Shown here piece by piece: positions 1-11,234 of a DNA stretch of 64,000 nt. Every line of letters starts with the position of its first letter. Position 1 is the stretch's first letter. Made by a program: the position numbers and the translations under genes. The stretch spans positions 722 to 64,721 of the forward strand of contig JAYGCK010000033.1 of NCBI GenBank assembly GCA_046583395.1, in the 5' to 3' direction. Below the pieces are notes generated by a model. The model was given only the letters and a program-made list of their open reading frames with translations, did not search any database and was not told where the DNA came from. Source of the stretch: Deltaproteobacteria bacterium (GTDB taxonomy: Bacteria > Desulfobacterota > Binatia > UBA1149 > CAYXZP01).

Positions 1-202
1 TTCTTCGTGGCCTTACGTTTCCTTTTTGCCATGGCTCCCTCCTTCGCTTTTCGCTTCAGTCCTCGGTCAGTGATTCTGCTCGAACAACATTATCGAACTT
101 CGCGGGAGAGCGACGCTCAATCCAGGGAATTATACAGACCCAGGGTGTCTCGGGTCAACAACTACGTACAAACCTGCGCACCAGCGATTAACGCATAGCG
201 TG

Positions 203-1540
<1,338 letters not shown>

Positions 1541-1542
1541 TC

Positions 1543-1851
1543 ATGGCGATAAAACCCAACGAAGGAAGACGGCGTTTGGCCTGGGTAGCCCGGCTCCTCG
1601 CGATTGCGGCCTGCATCATGGCAACCGCCATCCTGACCGGCACCCACGGCCTGGCCCGGCTCAGAATGCTGGGTGCGGAACTCCACCAGCGCAGTGCCGA
1701 GGTCTACCAGCGCAGTACCGAGAACCGCCGGCTGGCCGTACGCATCGGCCGGTTGGAAGACAACGACCGCACCGTCGAAGAGATTGCCCGCTCGACCCTC
1801 GACATGGTCGCCGAGGACGAGGTGACCTTCATATTCCCTGAGCCGCGCTGA
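1543..1851 (+). CDS. Septum formation initiator family protein (FtsB/DivIC-like)
   Basis: 102 aa with a short cytoplasmic N-terminus, one TM helix (LAWVARLLAIAACIMATAIL), a coiled-coil region and leucine-rich heptads. It sits beside eno, as ftsB does in many genomes, but here it is divergent. Confidence 0.55.
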   Translation: MAIKPNEGRRRLAWVARLLAIAACIMATAILTGTHGLARLRMLGAELHQRSAEVYQRSTENRRLAVRIGRLEDNDRTVEEIARSTLDMVAEDEVTFIFPEPR

Positions 1852-1858
1852 ATGCCGG

Positions 1859-4684
1859 TTACGAACAGCCGCTGGTAGCACCGCAGTTCATGCACTTATA
1901 GCAGGCGCCGTTGCGGATCATTATCGCTCCGCAATCCGCGCAGCTGGGGGCGTCGGACTGGGTCTGCACCAGGTCGGCCGATGTGGTCGGTCCCGCGTGA
2001 CCGGCCGGGCCCGCGCTTTCGATACCGGCCTGGCCGGCCCTTTCCTTGCCCGCATCCCAGACCGGGCCGAGCCTTCCGCGGGTTGCATCGGTATCTGGCC
2101 CAAAGCGGGTCCCGAGGAAGCGGAAGATATAGTCGGTAAGCGACTTGGCCATCGGTATCTCCGGGTTCTTGGTGAACCCGGACGGTTCGTAGCGCACGTG
2201 AGAGAACTTCTTGACCAGGGCGTCGAGCGGCACCCCGTACTGCAACGCCATCGACGACAGGGTCGCGATGGTGTCCATGAGACCGGAGATAGTGCTGCCC
2301 TCCTTGGCCATACGAATAAAAATCTCGCCCGGGGCTCCGTCCTCGTAGAAACCGATGTGGATGTAACCCTCGTGACCGGCGACCTCGAACTTGTGGCGGT
2401 GGGAGTTGCAATCGACCGGCAACCGTCGCCGTTCGAGACGCTCGCTGGCGGCCGCCTCGGCCGCAGCCGTCGCCTGGCTGTCCGCGGTATCCTGGGCGGA
2501 GGTGTTGAGCGGCTGGGTGCGCTTGCAGCCATCGCGGTAAATAGCCACGGCCTTTACGCCTAGTCGCCAGGCCTCGATGTAGGCTTCCTCGACCTCTTCG
2601 ACGGTCGCGTCCTCGGGCATGTTGATGGTCTTCGAAATAGCCCCCGATATGAAGGGCTGCACCGCTCCCATCATCCGAATATGCCCGAGCGGGGCGATGC
2701 TGCGCACCCCGTTGCGAGGCTTGAAGGCGCAATCGAAGACCGCAAGGTGCTCAGCGGCCAGTCCCGGGGCGCCCTCGATGGTCTCGTGCTCGTCGACATA
2801 CTCGACGATGTCCTGGACCTGCTTGGCGTCATAGCCAAGCTTGGTCAAAGAGGTGGCAACCCGCTGGTTGACGAACTTGAGCATGCCCCCGCCAACGAGC
2901 TTCTTGTACTTGACGAGCGCAATGTCCGGTTCCACACCGGTGGTGTCGCAGTCCATCATGAACGCGATGGTTCCGGTCGGCGCCAGGACCGTCACCTGCG
3001 AGTTCCTGACCCCGGTCTCACGACCGGCCTCGAGTGCCTCGTCCCACACCTCGCGGCTGGCCGAGAGCAGGTCGAGGGGAACATAGCTCGGGTCGATATC
3101 GCGTGACCTGTCGCGATGCTTGTCGATAACGGCCAACTGCGGCTCGGCATTGGCCGCAAAACCCTTGTACGGACCCTTGCACAACGCGATGCGGGCCGAC
3201 TGCAGATATGCCTCCCCGCACATGAGCGAAGTGACGGCAGCCGCGTAGGTACGGCCGGCTTCAGAGTCGTAGGGCAGGCCCATCGACATCAGCAAGGCGC
3301 CGAGGTTGGCATACCCCAGGCCCAGTTCGCGATAGTCCTTGGCGTTCTGGGTTATCTCTTCGGTCGGATAGCTCGAGTTGTCGACGACGATGTCCTGCGC
3401 GGTGATCATTATATCGACCGCATGCCGGTATGACGCCACGTCGAACTTCCCGCTGGCCGCGTCGAAGAACTTCATGAGGTTGAGCGAGGACAGATTGCAG
3501 GCCGAGTCGTCGAGATGCATGTACTCGCTGCACGGGTTCGACGCATTGATCCGGCCCGTGTTCGGGCAGGTGTGCCAATCGTTGATAGTGGTATCGAACT
3601 GCAGGCCCGGGTCGCCACAGAAGTGAGTCGCCTCGGCTATCTGCCGCATCAACGCACGGGCGCTGTAAGTGCCGGCCAGCTCGCCGTCCTTGACGTTGCG
3701 GGTCTGCCACTGGCCGTCGTTCTCGACCGCACCCATGAACTCATCGGTCACACGCACCGAATTATTGGCGTTCTGGAAGAACACCGACGAATAGGCGTCT
3801 CCGTCCAACGACTGGTCGTAACCGGCGTCTATCAGGGCCCAGGCCTTTTTCTCCTCCTTGGACTTGCAGCCGATGAAGTCTTCGATGTCCGGGTGGTCGA
3901 CGTTGAGAACGACCATCTTGGCGGCGCGCCGGGTCTTGCCCCCCGACTTGATGACGCCGGCCGATGCGTCGGCAGCCTTCATGAAGGACACCGGCCCGGA
4001 GGCGGTGCCCCCGCCGGCCAGGTTCTCCTTGGATGAACGCAGGGAGGAGAGATTTACGCCCGCGCCCGAACCGCCCTTGAAGATGACTCCTTCCTTGCGG
4101 TACCAGTCGAGGATCGAGTCCATGGTGTCGGACACCGAAAGAATGAAACAGGCCGAGCATTGCGGATGTTCCTCGACACCCACGTTGAACCAAACCGGGC
4201 TGTTGAAGCAGGCCTCCTGCTCGAGAAGTATGTGGGTCAACTCGGCCCTGAAGACCTCGCCGTCCTCGTCGCTGGCAAAGTAACCCTGGGCCTTGCCCCA
4301 TCCAACGATGGTAGTGACCACCCGCCCGATGAGCTGGCGCACGCTCGTTTCGCGGGCATCGGTACCGAGCTGCCCGCGGAAATACTTGGAGGTGACCACA
4401 TTGGTGGCCAGCAGCGACCAGTCGGCCGGGAACTCTACGTCCTTCTGCTCGAAGACGGCCTGGCCCCCCTCACCCTGGATGACCGCGTCCCTGAGTTCCC
4501 AATCGACCGTCGAGTAGGGGTCGACCCCGTCGCGCGAGAGCCGCCGGCTAAAGGCCAGCCCCCGGTGTCCTGTCGCTTCCGTCTGTTCGCGCGGCGGCAC
4601 CGCCGCTACTGTGCTGCTCGCCGCCGGCTCGGCGGCTGCGGCCTGCATGGTGGTGAATCCGTTGCCCCTTGCCCTATCGTCCAT
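1859..4684 (-). CDS. nrdJ: Adenosylcobalamin-dependent ribonucleoside-diphosphate reductase (class II)
   Basis: 941 aa with the C-terminal zinc-ribbon-like tail CADCGAIMIRNGACYKCMNCGATSGCS typical of NrdJ. Large RNR catalytic-core motifs run throughout. Confidence 0.9.
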   Translation of the reverse strand: MDDRARGNGFTTMQAAAAEPAASSTVAAVPPREQTEATGHRGLAFSRRLSRDGVDPYSTVDWELRDAVIQGEGGQAVFEQKDVEFPADWSLLATNVVTSKYFRGQLGTDARETSVRQLIGRVVTTIVGWGKAQGYFASDEDGEVFRAELTHILLEQEACFNSPVWFNVGVEEHPQCSACFILSVSDTMDSILDWYRKEGVIFKGGSGAGVNLSSLRSSKENLAGGGTASGPVSFMKAADASAGVIKSGGKTRRAAKMVVLNVDHPDIEDFIGCKSKEEKKAWALIDAGYDQSLDGDAYSSVFFQNANNSVRVTDEFMGAVENDGQWQTRNVKDGELAGTYSARALMRQIAEATHFCGDPGLQFDTTINDWHTCPNTGRINASNPCSEYMHLDDSACNLSSLNLMKFFDAASGKFDVASYRHAVDIMITAQDIVVDNSSYPTEEITQNAKDYRELGLGYANLGALLMSMGLPYDSEAGRTYAAAVTSLMCGEAYLQSARIALCKGPYKGFAANAEPQLAVIDKHRDRSRDIDPSYVPLDLLSASREVWDEALEAGRETGVRNSQVTVLAPTGTIAFMMDCDTTGVEPDIALVKYKKLVGGGMLKFVNQRVATSLTKLGYDAKQVQDIVEYVDEHETIEGAPGLAAEHLAVFDCAFKPRNGVRSIAPLGHIRMMGAVQPFISGAISKTINMPEDATVEEVEEAYIEAWRLGVKAVAIYRDGCKRTQPLNTSAQDTADSQATAAAEAAASERLERRRLPVDCNSHRHKFEVAGHEGYIHIGFYEDGAPGEIFIRMAKEGSTISGLMDTIATLSSMALQYGVPLDALVKKFSHVRYEPSGFTKNPEIPMAKSLTDYIFRFLGTRFGPDTDATRGRLGPVWDAGKERAGQAGIESAGPAGHAGPTTSADLVQTQSDAPSCADCGAIMIRNGACYKCMNCGATSGCS

Positions 4685-4781
4685 CAGTCTCCCTCCCTAT
4701 CCCCACCGGGGCCTAAGGCCCCTTCCACTACCGCCTCGCGTACGCGCCGGACTAAGGTCGCGTCGGATAAGGGCTTTCTCC

Positions 4782-4827
4782 ATACGGGGGTGCTCTATAT
4801 TGTGTGGAGCCTCCATGTATACCACAA
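4782..4827. promoter_or_regulatory. Two tandem NrdR-box-like 16-bp palindromes upstream of nrdJ (gctctatattgtgtgg at 4782-4797 and ccacaatatgttgtgc at 4812-4827)
   Basis: Both imperfect palindromes fit the NrdR box consensus acaCwAtATaTwGtgt. Their centres are about 30 bp apart and they lie in an AT-richer 280-bp gap about 100-140 bp upstream of the nrdJ start at 4684. Confidence 0.45.
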
Positions 4828-4965
4828 TATGTTGTGCATTAGAGGCATTTTTCAAGTCCTTACCTTTCATAGACAGCAGGCCCTGATACTAGGCGAAAAT
4901 AAACCAAAAGTCGATGGCTGCGCCTGCGGCTGGAAACGCCGGCCAGCCACGGCTAATCCGGAGTC

Positions 4966-5280
4966 GTGAGTCGACGCAGTGACAAGGGGCCGGTGCCCAT
5001 CGGGGAGATAATCGGTGCCAGCCTGGACCGGCTCGGGATAGACCGTGAGCTGGACGACTACCGGATCTGGCAGGCTTGGGACGAGGTCGTGGGCGAGGCC
5101 ATCCGGCGCAACGCCGAACCGGTCCGCCTCGACGGCCAGCGCCTGGTGGTGGCCGCGCGCAACGCCTCCTGGATGCAGGAACTGACCTTGATGCGCGGTG
5201 AGATTGTCGAACGGCTCAACCGCTGGATGGGCCGCGAGGTCATAACCGAGATTTTCATCGTGGCCAGCGGTGGCCGCTAG
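4966..5280 (+). CDS. DUF721 domain-containing protein
   Basis: 104 aa; sequence pattern resembles the DUF721 family often found near replication genes. Divergent from nrdJ. Confidence 0.5.
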   Translation: MSRRSDKGPVPIGEIIGASLDRLGIDRELDDYRIWQAWDEVVGEAIRRNAEPVRLDGQRLVVAARNASWMQELTLMRGEIVERLNRWMGREVITEIFIVASGGR

Positions 5281-5325
5281 ACCGGCTGGCTTGGTTGACC
5301 CCGGCTCCGGTGTTAAGCAGCCGCC

Positions 5326-6168
5326 ATGCCGGACAGCGACCATGGCAATCTGAACATCGGGGCGCGCGGGCTTCGCTTTCACCTGACCGAACGGGGCCCC
5401 GAAGCGGGCCGGCCGGTCCTGTGCCTGCACGGCGTCACCCAGACCGCTCATAGTTGGGATGAATTTGCTGGGGCCGCGGCCGGCCATGGCTACCGGGTCC
5501 TGTGCCTGGACCAACGCGGCCACGGCGACAGCGACTGGGCCGCCGACGGCGACTACTCGCGTGCGGCTCAGGCCGACGATATCGCCGCCGTCATCGAGGC
5601 CTTGGGCCTCGAGACGCCGGTCGTTGTCGCGATGTCGATGGGCGGGCTCAACGCGATGACCTGGGCCTCGCGTCACAGCAGCGCCCCAGCCGCGCTGGTG
5701 CTGGTAGACATAAGCCCCGAGGTCAGGTCCGAAGGCGTCAGCGCTATCCGTGACTTCATACAAGCCAACGACGTGCTGCCCGAGTTCGACGATTTCGTTG
5801 AACGCGCCCACGCGTTCAACCCTCGCCGCAGTCTCGACAACATCCGCTCGCGCCTGGCCCACAACCTCAAGCGCACCGACGACGGCCAATGGACCTGGAA
5901 GTATGACCCGGTATTGCGCAACCCCACCGGCATCGGCGAGATTGCCTCGCTGTGGGACGACATCGGCCGCATTGCCTGCCCGACCCTGGCCGTCAAGGGC
6001 GGCGAATCCGATGTCGTCAGTGACGAGGCCGTTGCACGCCTGGTATCGACCATCCCCGACTGCACCGCTGTCGAGATAGCCGGAGCCGGTCATTCGGTGA
6101 TGGGCGACCGCCCCGAGGAGTTCGCCGGTGCCGTGCTTGGATTTCTATCCCGGCGGCTGGCCGGCTGA
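5326..6168 (+). CDS. Alpha/beta-fold hydrolase
   Basis: HGxxxxxxxW region (LHGVTQTAHSWDEF), nucleophile elbow AMSMGG (GxSxG), and a C-terminal His-containing region. Confidence 0.7.
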   Translation: MPDSDHGNLNIGARGLRFHLTERGPEAGRPVLCLHGVTQTAHSWDEFAGAAAGHGYRVLCLDQRGHGDSDWAADGDYSRAAQADDIAAVIEALGLETPVVVAMSMGGLNAMTWASRHSSAPAALVLVDISPEVRSEGVSAIRDFIQANDVLPEFDDFVERAHAFNPRRSLDNIRSRLAHNLKRTDDGQWTWKYDPVLRNPTGIGEIASLWDDIGRIACPTLAVKGGESDVVSDEAVARLVSTIPDCTAVEIAGAGHSVMGDRPEEFAGAVLGFLSRRLAG

Positions 6169-6178
6169 TGGGAGCGCG

Positions 6179-7459
6179 CTAGAGGCCGGCTCCCCAATCG
6201 GCATCGACAGAGAAGCGCTCGGTTGAACCGACCGCTGTGGCGACCATACGCTCGATGTCGAGGGCGTCTTCGGCCCGACGGACCTCGTCCAAGGTTGCCG
6301 CGGTGGCCGGGTGCTTGGGTACGAACAAGGTACAGCAGTCCTGGTCGGGCAATATCGAGGTCTCGTAGGTCCCGGCCGCTTTGGCGTAATCGATGATTTC
6401 GAGCTTGTCCATCCCTACCAAGGGACGCAGCACCGGCAGTTCGGCGGCCTCCTCTATGACCGACAGGTTGGCCATCGTTTGCGATGCGACCTGGCCGAGG
6501 CTCTCACCGGTGACCAGGGCGGCCAGACCCGCGCCGCCGGCTATGCGCGAGGCAATCCTCATCATCATCCTTCTATAGAGCACCACCCGCAGCGGCCTGG
6601 GCACGGCGGCGACTATCTCGCTTTGAAGCTCGCCGAAGGCGACCTCGCTCGTGCGCGTGCCGAGCTGCCCGCGGCCTATGAGGCCGGCCAAGCGGCGGGC
6701 CTTGTCCCGGCTGCTCCCGTCAAGATATGGAACGCTGTGAAAGTGGACCGTATCGACCCGGCAGCCGCGTCTCATCATACGCAATCCGGCCACCGGAGAG
6801 TCGATACCGCCGGAGAGCAGGAGTAGGACCCGCCCCCCGGTCGGTAGCGGCAGGCCGCCCACGCCGGACAGCTTGGCGGTGGCCAGATAGATGGCCTGGC
6901 CGAGCACCTCCACGAACAACACGCTGTCGGGGCGCCCAAGGTTGACCGGTGCACCGGTTGCCTGTTGGACCAAGTGACCGACCCGGCCCGCGATCTCGGG
7001 CGAGGTGAGCGGGAAGCGTTTGTCGGCGCGGCGGGCCTCGACCTTGAAACTGCCCTCGGGACGCCAAGTGCCGAGCAGTTCGGCGACCCTGGCCTCGAGC
7101 GCGTCCATCGTCGGTTCGACACGCAGCGCCGGCATCAGGTTGGCGATGCCGGGCAACTGCCCCAAGCGCCGGCATGCCTCAGGGGCGAACTCGGCCGGAC
7201 AGGCTACGACGATACGGCCCTCTAGGGCCTTGGCCTTGAGTACGCTCTCGCGCGAGAGGCCATCGAGAGCACGGCCAATGTTCTCGACCAAGCGCGAGAC
7301 GAACATCGAGCGGTGGCCGAGCTTGAGCGCGATCTCGTTGTAGTGAACGACCACCACATCGCTTTCCCAGGCCCCGTCCGGCCGCTGGCCGCTCTCTGCC
7401 AAATCTAGCGCGCTTGGCGACATGGACCGAAGATAAGCGCGGGCGCGCCTCCAATCCAA
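6179..7459 (-). CDS. thiI: tRNA 4-thiouridine(8) synthase ThiI
   Basis: THUMP-like N-terminus and PP-loop motif LLLSGGIDSPVAG; the 426-aa size is typical. Confidence 0.85.
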   Translation of the reverse strand: MDWRRARAYLRSMSPSALDLAESGQRPDGAWESDVVVVHYNEIALKLGHRSMFVSRLVENIGRALDGLSRESVLKAKALEGRIVVACPAEFAPEACRRLGQLPGIANLMPALRVEPTMDALEARVAELLGTWRPEGSFKVEARRADKRFPLTSPEIAGRVGHLVQQATGAPVNLGRPDSVLFVEVLGQAIYLATAKLSGVGGLPLPTGGRVLLLLSGGIDSPVAGLRMMRRGCRVDTVHFHSVPYLDGSSRDKARRLAGLIGRGQLGTRTSEVAFGELQSEIVAAVPRPLRVVLYRRMMMRIASRIAGGAGLAALVTGESLGQVASQTMANLSVIEEAAELPVLRPLVGMDKLEIIDYAKAAGTYETSILPDQDCCTLFVPKHPATAATLDEVRRAEDALDIERMVATAVGSTERFSVDADWGAGL

Positions 7460-7509
7460 GGGCCGGTCCTTGCCACGGGCGGGGGCGGACCGCAGGATTC
7501 AGCACTGCC

Positions 7510-8073
7510 ATGGACCTCTACAGCCAGCTTGCCGAGAGGCTTTCCGCAAGACGCCCGGTCGAAATCAAGGACCCCGAGGCCACGGCCTGCGCGGTGCTGG
7601 TGCCGGTCATCGCCACGGGGCCGGATAGCCACGGCCTGGTCTACACGCTCAGGAGCGAGGACGTCCCCAACCACCAGGGCCAGGTCTCCTTCCCCGGCGG
7701 CAAACTGTCGCCGGCAGATAGCGACCTGCTCGAGACCGCACTACGCGAGACCCGCGAGGAGATCGGGCTCGACACCGACGGTGTAGAAGTCCTCGGCCGT
7801 CTCGACGACGTTCCGACCTACGCCGACAGTTTCGTCATCACCCCCTACGTAGCAGCACTGCCGCCCGACTCGGTCTTCAAACCCAACCCGCGCGAGGTAA
7901 GCCGGTTGTTCACGGTCAGCCTTGATGATTTGCGTGACCCGGCCAACCGGCGGGTCGAGATGACCGAGTGGGAAGGCGAGCAACACGAGCTTCATTCCAT
8001 CCTGGCCGCCGAACAGGTCATCTGGGGCGCGACCCACCGGATCACGCTCGACCTGCTCGCCTGCCTGGACTAA
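7510..8073 (+). CDS. NUDIX hydrolase, CoA pyrophosphatase-like
   Basis: Nudix box GGKLSPADSDLLETALRETREEIGL. The true start is probably the internal Met (MDLYSQL), because the ORF's 5' extension overlaps the divergent thiI. Confidence 0.7.
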   Translation: MDLYSQLAERLSARRPVEIKDPEATACAVLVPVIATGPDSHGLVYTLRSEDVPNHQGQVSFPGGKLSPADSDLLETALRETREEIGLDTDGVEVLGRLDDVPTYADSFVITPYVAALPPDSVFKPNPREVSRLFTVSLDDLRDPANRRVEMTEWEGEQHELHSILAAEQVIWGATHRITLDLLACLD

Positions 8074-8828
8074 GCGCCGAGTTCGACGGTCATTCCGTCA
8101 TGGGCCCGCTCGAACTCGAGACCGGCCGCATCCCTGACATCGGCTCCCAAGTGGGTCAGTAACAAGCGTTTGCAAGCGAGACGCTCCCGGTTGGCGACAA
8201 GCTCGGCGTAGTTGGTGTGGTCGGCCGGAATCGGACGCATGCTGCAACATTCGCAAAGGAAGAGGTCGGTCCCCTTGCTCATCTCGACGAAGCGGTCGGT
8301 CCAGGCCGAGTCACCCGAGAACAATATCGAAGCGTCGGCCGTCTCGATACGGTATCCGAGCGAAAAGGGCTCGGCGCGGTGGGGAACCTCGAAGGCTTCG
8401 ACCCGGGCGCCGGCCAACTCGGTGCGGTCGCCATCGGCAAGCACCACGAACTCGATCTCACAGGAGGCCTCGGCGGCAAGGTCCTTGGCGTATAACGCCT
8501 CGGAAAGCTCGCGGACCCGTTGCCCGGTCGTGGGCGGCCCGGCCACCACTAATGGGCGCGCGCGGCGAACGATATTGGCGTACTCCAAGAACAAGAACGG
8601 GAGACCACCGAAGTGGTCGCCGTGCAGATGGGAGATGAGCACTAGGTCGGGGGCATGGGTGTCTATCCCGTCGCGTTTCATGGCGGCCAACGTCCCGGTC
8701 CCGCACTCAAGCAACAGGCACCCCCGGTCGTGTTCGAGCAGGTAGGCGCTGTGTCCGGCACCCGCCGAGTTAAACGCGTCGCCCGAGCCGAGAACACGCA
8801 GCCTGGTCATGGCCGAGAGCTTAGTCAT
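8070..8828 (-). CDS. MBL-fold metallo-hydrolase
   Basis: HxHxDH motif (ISHLHGDHFGGLPFL). Confidence 0.7.
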   Translation of the reverse strand: MTKLSAMTRLRVLGSGDAFNSAGAGHSAYLLEHDRGCLLLECGTGTLAAMKRDGIDTHAPDLVLISHLHGDHFGGLPFLFLEYANIVRRARPLVVAGPPTTGQRVRELSEALYAKDLAAEASCEIEFVVLADGDRTELAGARVEAFEVPHRAEPFSLGYRIETADASILFSGDSAWTDRFVEMSKGTDLFLCECCSMRPIPADHTNYAELVANRERLACKRLLLTHLGADVRDAAGLEFERAHDGMTVELGA

Positions 8829-8887
8829 GCGGCCCCCGATAACAACACCGGCCGTACAACCAGGTCATAGCCCGTACGCGGCTCGAC

Positions 8888-10210
8888 TTGGGCGCGCGCT
8901 TGCCCTTTGCTCGGCCGGTGACGACGGCGGCCGAAACGACCTTTGACGTACGCATCGACGCGCTTAGCTACGGACGTTCGGCCGTGGCCCGCCGCGCCGG
9001 CCGTGTGATGCTGGTCGAGGGCGCCGCGCCCGGGGACTTGGCCCGTGTGTCGCTCACCGCCGAGCACGCACGCTACGACGAGGCCGAGCTCATCGAGGTC
9101 CTCGAAAAGGGTCCCGAGCGCACCGAGCCCCCCTGTCCGATAGTCGAGGAGTGCGGAGGCTGCCCATGGCAGCACCTGTCATACGAAAGCCAACTGGCTT
9201 GGAAGCGGCGGTCCGTTGTGGACAACCTGGAAAGGATTGCCGGCATCAAGGACCCCGAGGTCGGACCCGCAGTGGGTTCGCCGGCGACCTATGAATACCG
9301 CAACCGTATCAAGCTCCGCTTCCACGACGGCAAGCTCGGCTTCTATCGCGCGCGCACCCATTCGCTGGTCCCGGTCCAAAGCTGCCCGATAGCCGAACCG
9401 GACATAAGCAATGCCCTGCCCATGGTCGAGACCTTCGTGGCCGGCCTGGATACCGACATAACCCGCGTCGAGCTGCTCACACGGGGCCAGGCCTCCGGCC
9501 TGGTACTGGCCCTCAACAGCCGTGGCAGACTACGGCCGGCCGATTCGGCCCGGGTCAAGGAGTTCGTTGCCGACCGCGACTGCCCGGTCCGCGGGGTGGT
9601 TATGTGGGGACGAGGCTGGACGCGACGCTGGGGCCGGACCACACGCCGCCTGGTCGTCGATGAGACCGGAACGGCCATCGAGATCGATGCGGCAAGCTTC
9701 TCTCAGGTCAACACCGCGGCCAACCTCCTTTTGGTCTCTCGCGTGCTCGAGGCCTGCCGCCCGGCCGAGGCCCCCCGGCTCATCGACCTGTTCGCCGGCG
9801 GCGGCAATTTCTCGCTGCCGCTTGCCGCCCGCGGAGCCCGGGTGACCGCGGTCGAATCCGACCGCCATGCCGTCGAGCTTGGCCGTGAGACCGCACGTGC
9901 TCAAAGCATCAAGGTCGACTTCGTCAACGCCCAGGTCGAAGACTTCATCGCCCGCATTGGACGCGGCTCCGCCGACAACGCCGATGTGATCGTCGCCGAC
10001 CCCCCCAGAAGTGGCTTGGGAAAGGTCACCGCTGCTATCGCCGCGCTCGGCCCGGCCAGGATTGTTTACGTGTCGTGCGACCCGGCCACCCTGGCCCGCG
10101 ACGTCAAAGTGCTGTCGGGAGCGGGTTACCGCCTGTCGGGCGCAGAGCCTGTAGACCTATTCCCCCACACATTTCATATAGAAACGGTGTGCACCTTGGA
10201 GTTGACTTGA
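8888..10210 (+). CDS. rlmD: 23S rRNA (uracil-5-)-methyltransferase RlmD/RumA family
   Basis: N-terminal TRAM domain, Fe-S cysteine cluster (CPIVEECGGCPWQHL...C), and a class I SAM methyltransferase C-terminal domain. Confidence 0.8.
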   Translation: MGARLPFARPVTTAAETTFDVRIDALSYGRSAVARRAGRVMLVEGAAPGDLARVSLTAEHARYDEAELIEVLEKGPERTEPPCPIVEECGGCPWQHLSYESQLAWKRRSVVDNLERIAGIKDPEVGPAVGSPATYEYRNRIKLRFHDGKLGFYRARTHSLVPVQSCPIAEPDISNALPMVETFVAGLDTDITRVELLTRGQASGLVLALNSRGRLRPADSARVKEFVADRDCPVRGVVMWGRGWTRRWGRTTRRLVVDETGTAIEIDAASFSQVNTAANLLLVSRVLEACRPAEAPRLIDLFAGGGNFSLPLAARGARVTAVESDRHAVELGRETARAQSIKVDFVNAQVEDFIARIGRGSADNADVIVADPPRSGLGKVTAAIAALGPARIVYVSCDPATLARDVKVLSGAGYRLSGAEPVDLFPHTFHIETVCTLELT

Positions 10211-10230
10211 GCCATACCTGTACCTATCGT
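10202..10230 (+). promoter_or_regulatory. Putative sigma-70-type promoter (TTGACT-17 bp-TATCGT) for the 10260 gene
   Basis: Near-consensus -35 hexamer with 17-bp spacing to a -10-like hexamer, about 30 bp before the ATG at 10260, in an AT-richer patch. Confidence 0.25.
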
Positions 10231-10259
10231 TTTAATAGGCACAGCGCCTTTTTGGGAAT

Positions 10260-10523
10260 ATGAAGAAGAAAGCCTCCGCTGAAAAGACCAAGCTCGGCGC
10301 GCGCACCAAGATAACCATCCTGCCGGGTAAGGGTGTTTCGCAAGCGATAAACTATCTGCTTGAGGACCGCGACGAGCTTGAGTGGTTGGTGGCGGTCGGC
10401 CGTAACAAGGACGGCGAGATTTTCTTCTACGACACCGGTGGCGACATCATCGAGGACCTGGGCACCCTGGACTATCTCAAGGAACGCATCGCGCGCGCTC
10501 ATTTCGGCGAGGACATCGACTAG
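10260..10523 (+). CDS. Hypothetical small protein (87 aa)
   Basis: Clean ATG start with an upstream promoter-like element and no antisense conflict; no family recognised. Confidence 0.4.
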   Translation: MKKKASAEKTKLGARTKITILPGKGVSQAINYLLEDRDELEWLVAVGRNKDGEIFFYDTGGDIIEDLGTLDYLKERIARAHFGEDID

Positions 10524-10544
10524 AGACCGTACGCAAGACCTCCG

Positions 10545-11234
10545 TTGCGTACATTCTTCCTCTTCTATCTCCTCTCTTCTCTACTGGGTAATCCGCTTCT
10601 GGCCCTCATCGTGGTCGGCCTAATCTTCTATTTCGGCGAGGCCCGTTACCGCGGACGTTACTTCAACCCGGCCAAGTTCGCTTCAAAGCGACGAACCATC
10701 ACCGAACTACAGCAGCGCCTTTCCATCAACGAACACGACGCCGAGGCCCATAACGACGTCGGCCGCTTGCTCGTCGATGCCGGTCGGGCAAACGAGGCCA
10801 TGCCACACCTCGAACGCGCGATAGCACGGATGCCGGACTCGGCCGAGACCAACTATTACTATGGCCTGTGCTTGCTCGATGCCGGCCGGGTTGAGGAAGG
10901 CCGCAAACACGTCGAGCGCTGCCTGGAGATAAATCCTCGCTTTCGCTACGGCGACCCCCACCTGGCCCTGGCACGTTCGGAACTGGCCGGCGGGCGGGCC
11001 GCCCAAGCGGCAGAGCAGGCCGCGCTGGCCACACGGCTAAACACCTCGAGCATAGAGGGATGGGTTCTTCTCGGACAGGCTAGGGAGACCGCCGCCGAGA
11101 CAACGAGCGCCCGGGCCGCCTACGATTCGGCGGTCAAGGTCTACGGTCACCTTCCCCGTTACCTACGTCTGCCCAACCGCCGCTGGCTGCGGGCGGCCAA
11201 AAAGGCTCGTCGTTCCGTTCAGCCGCGTTCGTAA
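10545..11234 (+). CDS. Membrane-anchored tetratricopeptide-repeat protein
   Basis: N-terminal TM helix followed by TPR-like helical repeats (AEAHNDVGRLLVDAGRANEA..., NYYYGLCLLDAGRVEEG...). Confidence 0.55.
   Translation: MRTFFLFYLLSSLLGNPLLALIVVGLIFYFGEARYRGRYFNPAKFASKRRTITELQQRLSINEHDAEAHNDVGRLLVDAGRANEAMPHLERAIARMPDSAETNYYYGLCLLDAGRVEEGRKHVERCLEINPRFRYGDPHLALARSELAGGRAAQAAEQAALATRLNTSSIEGWVLLGQARETAAETTSARAAYDSAVKVYGHLPRYLRLPNRRWLRAAKKARRSVQPRS

Noticed and set aside
1-202. 63-aa ORF at 7-198 and the region downstream of eno
   Set aside because: Short, no recognisable features, and it lies in the 3' flank of eno. It is probably non-coding.
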